Made by a program: the position numbers and the translations under genes. The notes beneath the pieces are model-generated. The model did no database searches, was not told the DNA's origin, and saw only the letters and a list, made by a program, of their open reading frames with translations. DNA of 64,000 bases from Macrostomum hystrix (taxonomy: Eukaryota > Animalia > Platyhelminthes), in the NCBI GenBank assembly GCA_950097015.1, contig CATNEN010000015.1:868001-932000 (forward strand), read 5' to 3'. Of the stretch, positions 13,801 through 26,470 are shown one piece after another; the first letter of the stretch is position 1, and each line of letters starts with the position of its first letter.

Positions 13801-16681
13801 AAAAGCAAAATGCTTTGACAACCGCTGCTTAATTGCCGGACAGTTAATGTGCACAGTCACTAGCATTGCTTGAAAAATCTGCGCGCATCTGCTTAAGTGG
13901 TGCCCAGCTAGCGCTGCACAATCTCTAGTTCGCGTACTAAAGCTAGCGCTCGAGCGAGTGTACAAAGAAGAATTCGCACATGTGGAGACCTTCGAATGAA
14001 CCCGAGCGCGAGCAAATAACAAGCGAAAGTAGAAAAAGCCGCGGAGGAGGTTTACCACGCGCGGCGTGATCGGCGGAAGAAACGTCAAAGCCGGAAGGAA
14101 CGAAAAAGCAACAGTTGGCATCGCGTACCGATAGCCTCTGCCCCTTCAGGGTGGGGGGCTGGGCTGCACTGGAAGGGGTTGCACTATGCTTCCCCCCGAG
14201 CGCCCATTGCCTCCACTAATCAAGCGCCTCCTTCGCTATCGTCTATTTCGGCTGCAATCGACTGCCGGTTCTTCTGGTCGGCTAAACTATCCTCTGCCTC
14301 CGTACTTGCCTTTCCTGTTGCCCAGTTGGTCGTACTGGACTTATCCCCATCATCTACTAGATCCTGCCTGCCTTGCTAGTCCACTGCCCGTGCCTTGCAG
14401 ACGCTACTTCGGTCGAAAGCCAGCTAGCGGTCGCGGCCGCATGAGTCTGTGGCTCTCGAACGCTGGGAGCATGGGCAGCGGCGGCGGCCTCGGCGGTGGT
14501 AGCTCTCTGTCAGCTAGGCGCAGGGTAGTCCTGCTGCTTGTGCTGCAGTCCAGTAGTCCGTTTCGCGCCCGAGCTTTGCCGCTAACCTCCATTGATCTCG
14601 ATCGGGGTGAGTTGCTTGAATCTTCGGTTTCACGCTGTCCGTCAGTCTGTCTGTCGTGTTTGGTTTTGTAGCGCTTGACTATTTTTCAGGGTTTAGTTTT
14701 GTTGGTTTGATATAGCGCGTTAATCGCTGTTTTTAGTAATACTGTTCTGACCTATGCACATCTTGTTTACACTGGCTTGTCTGGTCTTGTGTCGCTTCCT
14801 CTCTTTATTCTCGCTTGAAAATTTCTCTATTTCATCTTGCCCTAAGTGCATTCTATTATTAAACTGTTCATGATCAGTCCGTGTATCATCTGTCTGGCTT
14901 TTAACAACCCGATAGCCGTTCCTCTTGAAACCATAATTCTGGAACATGCGTCTCCAGCAAGGGCCTTGTGTTTTCATAGTTAAGTACACTTAAACTGTTG
15001 TTTTGCCTCCCCTCGAATATGCCAGGATTATTCCTATCGCAAGGTTGCAATCTAGGTTTTTTTATCCTCCCCAATTCATGCATATTCGCCTGCTTCGATA
15101 TGAAAGCAAATTGGATTAGTTTTTACTGTTTGCACAAATCGGTCACTGTCCATAAGGCTCGCTTGGATTTAAGATTCTCCTCGTCTCAATCTGATATTCG
15201 CGTTTCCTGCATTATTTAGCATCGACTAGCTGAGAATCCCCATTCCCCTGACCGTTTCGTCGATGTCGTTCTAGAAAAGGACTTCCCTCCTTTCGTCCCG
15301 ATGAATCCGGACATAAGCTAATTAACTGTTTTCTCTCTAGTTTGTTGGCCTATCTCCTTCACCCATGCCCTGTGGAGAGTCGCACTCTGATTGACTGGCA
15401 GGGAGAGAAAGAGACTTAGCTCCTACGAAATCGATTATCTTCTTCCGCCATAGCTGTGTGCTGCAGGACTTCATCAAATTTCTTTTAGTTCATTTGTGCC
15501 TGCGTGGCCTTGCACGGACTCCTAACTGCATGACTTATCTGTACTGGCCAGGGCCCACGCACTAAATAACAGCCCAATATGAATTGAAGCTCTAAGTCTA
15601 CTCCGCTTGTCAGGAAGAAGATAAGTGGAGAATTAGGCTCGATTAGATAGTGCCCAAGAAGGTCTCAGAATTATTTGGTTCTGTATGGGCGAATATTACA
15701 GATATTTTGGCCAATGAGTCGGTCAGTAGTTTGGTATTCTCGTAGTACCGGTGCATTTATAAAACTGCGTCTTTCCCATGTAAATGTTTTATCTAGTCCT
15801 GTGCTTTCCCTTATCTGCTTAATATTATTTAGCTAAATTTATTTAGTGTGCGTATGCGAAACTTTGTCGAAGCCTGTGTCTGTTTTGTTTCTAATGACCA
15901 GTGACCCGTGACTAAGCCGCATGGGCAGGTCCGCTTGTGTCAGTGTATGTGCGCGCGACATGCCGATGGGTACGCTGAATGTTCGGTCGACCGCGTGTTT
16001 GCATGTATGCGCCGTTTCTTGTGAGTGTTTTCCCAAACTAAAGCAACCCCTTCTACAAGCTTTTCTTTGCACTTGAAAGGGAACAGCTGTGACAGGTACT
16101 GCTGTCCAGCTCTGAATTCCTTGCCAGGGGCCGGGTCGTATCAGTTTCTCCGTGTCACAAAAATAACTAACAGGGGCTCTGGCCTACGAGAATCTACATG
16201 CTTGGGGTAGTTGCACCTTTCGAGAGTGATCAGCCCGCGTTTTCTGTCTCTCTTCCCTGTCCTGCTGCCCCGCCTTTCTGCACCCAGAGGCTGCCGCATT
16301 GCTAGTAGCCTTATTGCGCCCACATGGCCTGATCATTGGCAGAGAGCTGCGGTGAGGGGAGGAGACATGCTGTAGTTACCGCTACTATTGCGCAGGGCAA
16401 TCCCCTTCTTCCTATCTACTATCTGTTTCATGCAGTTCGCTTGAAGGTTCATAACTACGCATCGCTTTCAATGCCTGTGGCTTTCCTGGGAAACCAGTTT
16501 TCGAGGAGGCCCGGCCGAAGGGATAGAAAAATGGAAGCCGAAGGGGTTGGCGGCTGGAGAAGAATGAAAAGAACCGCTGGCCAAAACCTGGAGGCAATAT
16601 CTGGCGGAGTCCAGGAAGCGAGGCCATGTAGATATCAAGGGTGCAGCTGCGCAGAGGTTGCAGTCTAGTTAGCGGCTGACA

Positions 16682-19600
16682 ATGCTTGTCAGCGGCAGGC
16701 TATCTATGGCTCAGGCGCTGGGCATTTCCCTAGCAGCATGTTGTGTGAGCTCAGCACTGTTGCTGCTCAGCGCCTGCAGCCTATTGCTGGATGCCACCAG
16801 TGCTCACTCTGCCGCCGCCCTGTGCCGCTTTCCAGTCCGCAGTGTCGGCTCCATCGTCTGCCTATCGGCCGCTGTTGGCATCGGCATCGGTGGCGTGATC
16901 GCCTATCGTCTCTTCTGTCGCTATCATCGCCGCAGCGCAGACAGCGGGGAGACAGGCGAGGAGGAGGATTCGACTGCAGCCGGCCGCGCCGCTGTTGCCG
17001 CCTCCCCTGGTAGCGGAGACAGTCCGAGAGACGGGCGTTGCGCCGCAGCCGCTTGCGGCTACTGCTGCGGCTGCGGCTGCGGCTGTTATCTGCTACAGGC
17101 CGCGGGTCAAGCTAGTCCGCAGGTCGCCTCTAAATTACCCGACTCTACCGCAACTGTTTTAGCCGATGCTGCCGCTGAAAGTTCTCGGACTGCAAATTGC
17201 TGCGTGAGTTTCTTTTATTAATAATTTGTGTGCAAATAGTTCGGTGGCTATTGACACTAACATCCATCGTCATTGACTCCTGCAGGACTCGTTGACTGCT
17301 TTGCAAGTTGATTCGCGTACACCTTCCACCTGCCCGACCAGCCAGCCGCACCTGCTGAACGGCTCGGCAGCCATGGGCAACACCCAGCAAAATCAGAGGC
17401 AGCGGCGGCAGGCTCGCTGCGATGTCATCGAGATGCGAAGCCTGTCAGGCCAGCCACCCGAGTCCCGCCGTCTCCTAGGATCCTACCCGACCGAGTATCG
17501 AGACATCGAGGACAGCGATGAATTTGACACCGACGAGGCAATCAGTAGGCGTCCGCCTGCCTCAGGCGAGCAGGCCATCAGCGATATTCTGGACTCTGCC
17601 GAGGAAGCTCTGCCCACCTCCGTCGGTGGCAGCGGAGGAGCCACTTTTGAAATCCGAACCGACAGTCTGCGAGCCGTGTCCAGCTTGGAGTCTGTCGGCA
17701 TCGGAGCTTCCAGAGCGGACTCGGCCGTCAGTGCCACATCGGCTTGCTGGCCCGGGACTAGCGGCGTTGACAGCTTTGGCTCCGGTGAGTGACGTGCCAT
17801 TTCAAGGGATAAGCGCATTGGCTTATGAGAGGGCATCTCAGGTTGCTGACTCGCCTTGTTGTATTATTGCAGTGCCATCGGGCAAGTCGCCACTGCGGCA
17901 GCCACCGTCACTACCAGGCTACGTTACTGAGCGCAACCAGGACCTCTTCAATCGCGTGCTGCACATCTACGCCCGGGTGCACAGCTCCGGCCTTGGCGAG
18001 CTGCCGGATGCCGACGGCGAGACCCAGGCCAAGGCTGACCAGGACGCCGAGGACGCGTCGCTTGGCTCGGAGTTTCTTAGAAAACGTGAAGAGATCAGCG
18101 GCCAGCCTAGATCCGCAGTCTCCTCGGCTGTCCCCGCCGACCCGGACGCAGGGGAGGCCGGCTTCGAGGATGAGGAAAACTGCTGCGACGATGAAGAAGA
18201 CGACGAAGTAACGCGGCAGCAGCTGCTGACCTCGCTGCGTCAGGGCGAGTCCCTGTTCTCGGACTGCGCCGCATCGTCAACTGCCGTGGCCACCACCATC
18301 GGCACCGCCGGCTGCTGGCTCATGGAGGACTCCGGAGTCGACCTGCCTTCCACATCGGCAGAACCCACATCAACGGCTTCTCAACCGCAGCAGCAGGAGC
18401 AGCAGGCATCTCCGTTGCATCCTCCGTCAAGTACTCTGGCATTGCTGGACCGCCTGCTCGAATCTACCGCGGCGTTGGCCGTCGACGCCTCCGATCAGAT
18501 CTCCGCCTGCGACCGATGGGCCGCCTGCGGTCGCGACTTGGCCGAAAAAGTCGGCAGCGTCGAGCGTCAACTGGCGGAGGCGCGTTGCAGCTGGGAAGAG
18601 GCCAACTCGGCGCACCTGCTGGCCAGCTGCCGCCTGTCGCATTCGTCCAGTTTCGGGCTCGACCTCGACTTATCCTCCGGCGATTGGTCGCTGTACGATG
18701 AAGCTTTACAGGAGCGCATCGGAGAGATCTTCCACAAGGCCGGCCTGAGTGAGTCGGTTTCTTGGAAAATCTGCCTTTCTTTGGAAAAATAGGACAGGCA
18801 GTTCTCGTTAATAAGAAAATTTTGGAGTAGTTGCAGAGTCGCATGCGACGCTAGAAAAGCTTTTGAGTCGTTCTAGAAGCGATTGAGTCGTTAGTGAACT
18901 TTTGAGTTATTATTGAAGTTTTTAAGTCGTTAGAGAAGCTTTTTGAGTCGTTAGAAACGTTTTTCAGTCGCTATGAAAACGTTTGAGTCGTTATAGAAGC
19001 GTTTGAGTCGTTATAGAAACGTTTGAGTCGTTACAGAAGCGTTTGAGTCGTTACAGAACCGTTTGAGTCGTTACAGAAGCGTTTGAGTCGTTACAGAAGC
19101 GTTTGAGTCGTTACAGAAGCGTTTGAGTCGTTACAGAAGCGTTTGAGTCGTTACAGAAGCGTTTGAGTCGTTAGAAAAGCTTTGCCCAAACCCCCTTAAG
19201 TCACAGCGAGAATTTACACTGCCTGAAGATGAATAAGTCAGGGCAGAGGTGCTTTGTCACCGTAGGCCTGCGCAAGTAGTTAAACGCGGGTCTGCGCTTT
19301 GGCTGATGTGCTGAAGTTATTGATGTCGTTAATTTTTATTTCTACTGAATTGAACTGCAATTTTTTAGCTCAATCTCCACTGGCACAAGAATATCGTAAG
19401 AGTTCAATCGTTGTCATTAGACAATAACTTGCTGCAATAACTCATGCATTTCGGGTGAACTAAAGCAACTATAAACTAATAGCCGTCAATAGTTTGAAAT
19501 GTGCTATATAGCCATTGATTTTCAACACAATAATTTTCAAATAATTGACATGAAAACGGATTCTTTTCTAACGGTATTTTATGCACCTAATATTACTAAT

Positions 19601-22600
19601 TAACTGTGCAAGTCTAACAGACAAAAATAGATTGCCTGATTTAATACCCTGCGTAAAAACAACTGATTATTTCAATTCTAACTGCAAACAAACTTTCTAC
19701 TTGCTTCGTACGAAAAAATTGTTTGACTCCCTGATCATATTCAGGGCAGCAAATAATGTGTCAGACAAGGCAGTACAGAATGTGTCAGACAAGGCAGTAC
19801 AGAATGTGTCAGACAAGGCAGTACAGAATGTGTCAGACAAGGCAGTACAGAATGTGTCAGACAAGGCAGTACAGAATGTGTCAGACAAGGCAGTACAGAA
19901 TGTGTCAGACAAGACTGTACAGAATGTGTCAGACAAGGCAGTACAGAATGTGTCAGACAAGGCAGTACAGAATGTGTCAGACAACACTGTACAGAATGTG
20001 TCAGACAAGACTGTACAGAATGTGTCAGACAAGGCAGTACAGAATGTGTCAGACAAGGCAGTACAGAATGTGTCAGACAACACTGTACAGAATGTGTCAG
20101 ACAAGACTGTACAGAATGTGTCAGACAAGGCAGTACAGAATGTGTCAGACAAGGCAGTACAGAATGTGTCAGACAAGACTGTACAGAATGTGTCAGACAA
20201 GGCAGTACAGAATGTGTCAGACAAGGCAGTACAGAATGTGTCAGACAACACTGTACAGAATGTGTCAGACAAGACTGTACAGAATATGTCAGACAATGCA
20301 GTACAGAATGTGTCAGACAAGACTGTACAGAATGTGTCAGACAAGGCAGTACAGAATGTGTCAGACAAGGCAGTACAGAATGTGTCAGACAAGACTGTAC
20401 AGAATGTGTCAGACAAGGCAGTACAGAATGTGTCAGACAAGGCAGTACAGAATGTGTCAGACAACACTGTACAGAATGTGTCAGACAAGACTGTACAGAA
20501 TATGTCAGACAAGACTGTACAGAATGTGTCAGACAATGCAGTACAGAATGTGTCAGACAAGACTGTACAGAATGTGTCAGACAATGCAGTACAGAATGTG
20601 TCAGACAAGACTGTACAGAATGTGTCAGGCAAGACAGTACAGAATGTGTCAGACAGAACTGACATTGCAGTGAAGAATAACCGTTGCCAAAGTCAGCTGC
20701 AGACAACGAGCATAACTCAGAGCCCTGAGTTAGAAGGCATAATTTCCGAGCCAGTCTGTCTGGCCACTTCCTGTTTCTGAGCACTCAAGCTGCGAGCAGC
20801 ATTCGCAAGCAGTTTTAAGAATGACTGCAATAAGTTTGGCCTGCTCAGTCGTGTGAACTGCCTTTTCTGATAATTGAAGCTAGCTAATCTACGCACAGTG
20901 CAATACCCAGGCTTTTCTGGGTCATTACTGAAGTGCACAGTGTACTTTGTACTCAACATTCATCAAAAACAGGCAGCATTCTAGCCAGCGAATCGCCAGA
21001 CACCTCCGTCTTTTGTGACGACGAGCAAACTAAGCAGCAGCAGCAGCAGCAGCGGTGGTTCAGTCAGCAGCAGAAACTGCCCATTGGCCAGTTAGTCCGC
21101 TTGTCGGACTATGCAGCATCCCTTGACCTTCCTCATCAGCAGCTCAGCCAGCTGGTTGCTCGCCTCTGCGAAGGCGGCAGCGTCGGAGCTTTCGTCAGAC
21201 GCGTGACTGGATCAGACGGATGCGGCAGCTGGTCCAGAAGGCGCTGCGCCCTACACCGAGCCGCCATGTTCGCCTTCTGCCTGCGCTGTCGGCAGCTGCC
21301 CGGCGACTGCCAGCACTGGCTACAGGTGTGGCTCTGGCCAGGCTTGGATGACAGCTTGGTCAATGGGATTATTGGGTTAGGATGTGAATCGGCTGAGATG
21401 AAATTCTAGGGAGATGAGTCCTCTGTGAAATGAGACCTCTGTGAGATGAGACATCTGTGGGAGGAGACCTTCGAGAGATGAGACGTCTGTGAGATGAGAC
21501 CTCTGTGAGATGAGACCTTTGTGAGATGAGAACTCTGTGAGATGAGACCTCTGTGAGATGAGAACTCTGTGAGATGAGACATCTGTGAGATGAAACATCT
21601 GTGGGAGGAGACCTTTGAGAGAGGAGACGTCTGTGAGATGAGACCTCTGTGAGATGAGACCTTTGTGAGATGAGAACTCTGTGAGATGAGACCTCTGTGA
21701 GATGAGAACTCTGTGAGATGAGACCTTTGTGAGATGAGAACTCTGTGAGATGAGACCTCTGTGAGACTGTGAGATGAGACCCCTGGGAGATGAGACCTCT
21801 GTGAGATGAGACCTTTGTGAGATAAGAACTCTGTGAGATGAGACCTTTGTGAGATGAGAACTCTGTGAGATGAGACCTCTGTGAGACTGTGAGATGAGAC
21901 CCCTGGGAGATGAGACCTCTGTGAGATGAGACCTCTGTGAGATGAGGCATCTGTGAGAGGAGACCTCTGTGAGATGAGATTCAGGCAAGAGCAGTTTCAG
22001 GTGAGAGTAGATTCAGGTGAGAGTAGATTCAGGTGAGAGTAGATTAGTGCAAAAGAGAACTCTATTTGGCACTCCGAGCATCTCCGTTCATTCCAAGGAG
22101 CTCGAGACGGCATTCGGGCGACACGCTTGGCTCACCGACGCCTGGCCGTTCGAGGACTCCGCGAGCGCGCACGGCGGAGTCGTTGGATCGGTGCCAGCGG
22201 CAGACGCGGTCCACTCCGGCGACCTGGCTTCGCCACCACCGTCCCCATCAGGACTGGAGTCACTGACAGCCGAGCACAGGTTCAACCTGGCCGCTTCCAC
22301 GCCTCTGTCACGGGCGCGGGCGAGTCTGCGCTCCCTGTACACCCGGCTGGCTTCCATGCGAGCCGAGCCCGGATCTGTTTTCCGCGAATGGGAAGCTCTG
22401 CAGGTGCGTCCTGGGAGGTCATTGGCTGCTCGCTGCTGTCTTGATGATGGTCATTATGATTCCAAGCCGGTCATTATGACTCCATACCGGTCATTATGAT
22501 CCCATGACGGTCATTATGATCCAATGACGGTCATTATGATCCAATGACGGTCATTATGATTCCATGACGGTCATTATGATCCCATGACGGTCATTATGAT

Positions 22601-23451
22601 CTAATGACGTTCATTATGATTCCATGACGGTCATTATGATCCCATGACGGTCATTATGATCCAATGACGGTCATTATGATTCCATGACGGTCATTATGAT
22701 CCCATGACGGTCATTATGATCTAATGACGTTCATTATGATTCCATGACGGTCATTATGATCCCATGACGGTCATTATGATTCCATGACGGTCATTATGAT
22801 CCCATGACGGTCATTATGATCTAATGACGGTCATTATGATCCCATGACGGTCATTATGATCCCATGACGGTCATTATGATCTAATGACGGTCATTATGAT
22901 CCAATGACGGTCATTATGGTCCTAGGGTAGTAATTATGAGCCCAAGGAATTGTTAATTGTATTCCATGGTAGTTATTACACTATTATCGTTTTTTAGTCT
23001 GTTTTTTATGATAGTTGTCATTATGATGCTTAAGTATGGAAAGATGGATGGAAGATGAAAAGCTTATCACGGTCTTCACGAACTTCTTCCTTCGCCGTCT
23101 CGCTGCCAGGCATTTAACGGCAGCCGAGGCGATGGCGACCTTCTGGAGGCTGCGGCCGCCCTCACCTTCCTCAGGGCGGCTGACTCATCCGTATCGACCA
23201 GTTCAGATGAGCACAGCCTGCTCACCAGCCAGCTCAAAGCTCGCCTCCTGTCAGCCGAGATACCGGACACTGAGGATGCTCAACTATTGGCCGACTCACT
23301 CGGTGTGCGCATCTGCCTACTCAGAGTAGCTGCGGCGGCAGTTCTGGAGCCAGTGATCTTCGAGCCCGGCAACTCGGCGACCCCTGCGCATCCCGAGCTG
23401 ACTCTCATTACCGAGCCCAACAACGGTTGCTATGCAGTGCTGATCGCATAG
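16682..23451 (+). CDS. OTULIN/FAM105 (peptidase C101 fold) family protein with N-terminal hydrophobic segments, ~965 aa; exons 16682-17203, 17286-17784, 17873-18748, 20973-21325, 22098-22403, 23110-23451
   Basis: All five GT-AG introns are phase-consistent (0,1,1,0,0), total 2898 nt. C-terminal exons align by eye with human OTULIN: RRVTGSDGC..CALHRAAMF vs RRVRGDNYCALRATLF; WLQ; RHAWLTDAW vs KYNWIKQW; LLEAAAALTFLRA vs LYEAVKFLMLNRA; QLLADSLGVRICLLRV vs FLLAYAVRHTIQVYRL; PELTLITEPNNGCYAVL vs PVVTLIAEDDRHYNIP. Confidence 0.72.
18855..19180. repeat. 20-bp minisatellite (gtttgagtcgttacagaagc)
   Basis: Exact period 20 across 19021-19170; intron 3 of the OTULIN-like gene. Confidence 0.95.
19755..20660. 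repeat. 24-bp minisatellite (aatgtgtcagacaaggcagtacag), ~38 copies
   Basis: Produces the NVSDKAVQ repeat ORFs in several frames; lies in intron 3 of the OTULIN-like gene. Confidence 0.96.
21410..21980. repeat. 16-bp minisatellite (gagatgagacctctgt), followed by 3 copies of caggtgagagtagatt at ~21998-22046
   Basis: Tandem copies in intron 21326-22097. Confidence 0.93.
22445..22920. repeat. 20-bp minisatellite (ggtcattatgatcccatgac)
   Basis: Exact period 20 in intron 22404-23109. Confidence 0.95.
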
Positions 23452-23724
23452 CAACTACGATTCTATGCATCCCCGAACCCCCCCCCCAATTGGTCCCGCC
23501 TGAAAGTTTCTATTTTTTAGTATTGAACAGCATTCGGCCCACACTGTCTTTGACCTCATATTTCTGCTATGTTCGGTTCCTGTTACTGCAGTGCTGTAGG
23601 CACTTCTCATGTGTATTCAAATGCATTCTCTAGGTTCGCGCCTGTGTTAGATTATTTTCTTTAGTTTATAGTTCATTGCTAGCTTTAGGGTTTTCACAAA
23701 TTTTACCTTATCGACTGACTAGTT

Positions 23725-26470
23725 AATAGATTTGGATTCCTAAACTGGTTTCCCAGCTGATTTAGATTCCCAAACAGGTTTCACAGCTGATTTGGATTCC
23801 CAAACAGGTTTCCCAGCTGATTTGGATTCCCAAACAGGTTTCCCAGCTGATTTAGATTCCCAAACAGGTTTCCCAGCTGATTTGGATTCCCAAATTGTTT
23901 TCCAAACTGTTTTGGATTCCCAAACAGGTTTCCCAACTGATTTGGATTCCCAAACAGGTTTCCCAGCTGATTTGGATTCCCAAACAGGTTTCCCAGCTGA
24001 TTTAGATTCCCAAACAGGTTTCCCAGCTGATTTGGATTCCCAAACAGGTTTCCCAGCTGATTTGGATTCCCAAATTGTTTTCCCAACTGTTTTGGATTCC
24101 CAAACAGGTTTCCCAACTGATTTGGATTCCCAAACAGGTTTCCCAGCTGATTTAGATTCCCAAACAGGTTTCCCAACTGATTTGGATTCCCAAACAGGTT
24201 TCCCAGCTGATTTGGATTCCCAAACAGGTTTCCCAGCTGATTTGGATTCCCAAATTGTTTTCCCAACTGATTTGGATTTCCAAACAGGTTTCCCAGCTGA
24301 TTTAGATTCCCAAACAGGTTTCCCAGCTGATTTGGATTCCCAAACAGGTTTCCCAGCTGATTTAGATTCCCAAACAGGTTTCCCAGCTGATTTAGACTCC
24401 CAAACAGGTTTCCCAGCTGATTTGGATTCCCAAACAGGTTTCCCAGCTGATTTGGATTCCCAAACAGGTTTCCCAACTGATTTGGATTCCCAAACAGGTT
24501 TCCCAGCTGATTTGGATTCCCAAACAGGTTTCCCAGCTGATTTAGATTCCCAAACAGGTTTCCCAGCTGATTTAGATTCCCAAACAGGTTTCCCAGCTGA
24601 TTTGGATTCCCAAACAGGTTTCCCAGCTGATTTGGATTCCCAAATTGTTTTCCCAACTGTTTTGGATTCCCAAACAGGTTTCCCAACTGATTTGGATTCC
24701 CAAACAGGTTTCCCAGCTGATTTAGATTCCCAAACAGGTTTCCCAACTGATTTGGATTCCCAAACAGGTTTCCCAGCTGATTTGGATTCCCAAACAGGTT
24801 TCCCAGCTGATTTGGATTCCCAAATTGTTTTCCCAACTGATTTGGATTTCCAAACAGGTTTCCCAGCTGATTTAGATTCCCAAACAGGTTTCCCAGCTGA
24901 TTTGGATTCCCAAATTGTTTTCCCAACTGTTTTGGATTCCCAAACAGGTTTCCCAACTGATTTGGATTCCCAAACAGGTTTCCCAGCTGATTTAGATTCC
25001 CAAACAGGTTTCCCAACTGATTTGGATTCCCAAACAGGTTTCCCAGCTGATTTGGATTCCCAAACAGGTTTCCCAGCTGATTTGGATTCCCAAATTGTTT
25101 TCCCAACTGATTTGGATTTCCAAACAGGTTTCCCAGCTGATTTAGATTCCCAAACAGGTTTCCCAGCTGATTTGGATTCCCAAACAGGTTTCCCAGCTGA
25201 TTTAGATTCCCAAACAGGTTTCCCAGCTGATTTAGACTCCCAAACAGGTTTCCCAGCTGATTTGGATTCCCAAACAGGTTTCCCAGCTGATTTGGATTCC
25301 CAAACAGGTTTCCCAACTGATTTGGATTCCCAAACAGGTTTCCCAGCTGATTTGGATTCCCAAACAGGTTTCCCAGCTGATTTAGATTCCCAAACAGGTT
25401 TCCCAGCTGATTTAGATTCCCAAACAGGTTTCCCAGCTGATTTGGATTCCCAAACAGGTTTCCCAGCTGATTTGGATTCCCAAATTGTTTTCCCAACTGT
25501 TTTGGATTCCCAAACAGGTTTCCCAACTGATTTGGATTCCCAAACAGGTTTCCCAGCTGATTTAGATTCCCAAACAGGTTTCCCAACTGATTTGGATTCC
25601 CAAACAGGTTTCCCAGCTGATTTGGATTCCCAAACAGGTTTCCCAGCTGATTTGGATTCCCAAATTGTTTTCCCAACTGATTTGGATTTCCAAACAGGTT
25701 TCCCAGCTGATTTAGATTCCCAAACAGGTTTCCCAGCTGATTTGGATTCCCAAACAGGTTTCCCAGCTGATTTAGATTCCCAAACAGGTTTCCCAGCTGA
25801 TTTAGACTCCCAAACAGGTTTCCCAGCTGATTTGGATTCCCAAACAGGTTTCCCAGCTGATTTAGATTCCCAAACAGGTTTCCCAGCTGATTTAGACTCC
25901 CAAACAGGTTTCCCAGCTGATTTGGATTCCCAAACAGGTTTCCCAGCTGATTTGGATTCCCAAACAGGTTTCCCAACTGATTTGGATTCCCAAACAGGTT
26001 TCCCAGCTGATTTGGATTCCCAAACAGGTTTCCCAGCTGATTTGGATTCCCAAACAGGTTTCCCAGCTGATTTAGATTCCCAAACAGGTTTCCCAGCTGA
26101 TTTGGATTCCCAAACAGGTTTCCCAGCTGATTTGGATTCCCAAATTGTTTTCCCAACTGTTTTGGATTCCCAAACAGGTTTCCCAACTGATTTGGATTCC
26201 CAAACAGGTTTCCCAGCTGATTTAGATTCCCAAACAGGTTTCCCAACTGATTTGGATTCCCAAACAGGTTTCCCAGCTGATTTGGATTCCCAAACAGGTT
26301 TCCCAGCTGATTTGGATTCCCAAATTGTTTTCCCAACTGATTTGGATTTCCAAACAGGTTTCCCAGCTGATTTAGATTCCCAAACAGGTTTCCCAGCTGA
26401 TTTGGATTCCCAAACAGGTTTCCCAGCTGATTTGGATTCCCAAACAGGTTTCCCAGCCGATTTGGATTCC
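23725..26470. repeat. 30-bp minisatellite (tttggattcccaaacaggtttcccagctga), ~91 copies with higher-order structure
   Basis: Period 30 throughout; the 893- and 903-aa ORFs are its open frames on both strands. Confidence 0.97.

Noticed and set aside
19581-20784. 300-400-aa repeat ORFs in four frames
   Set aside because: 24-bp array inside an intron of the OTULIN-like gene; being open in many frames is a property of the unit.
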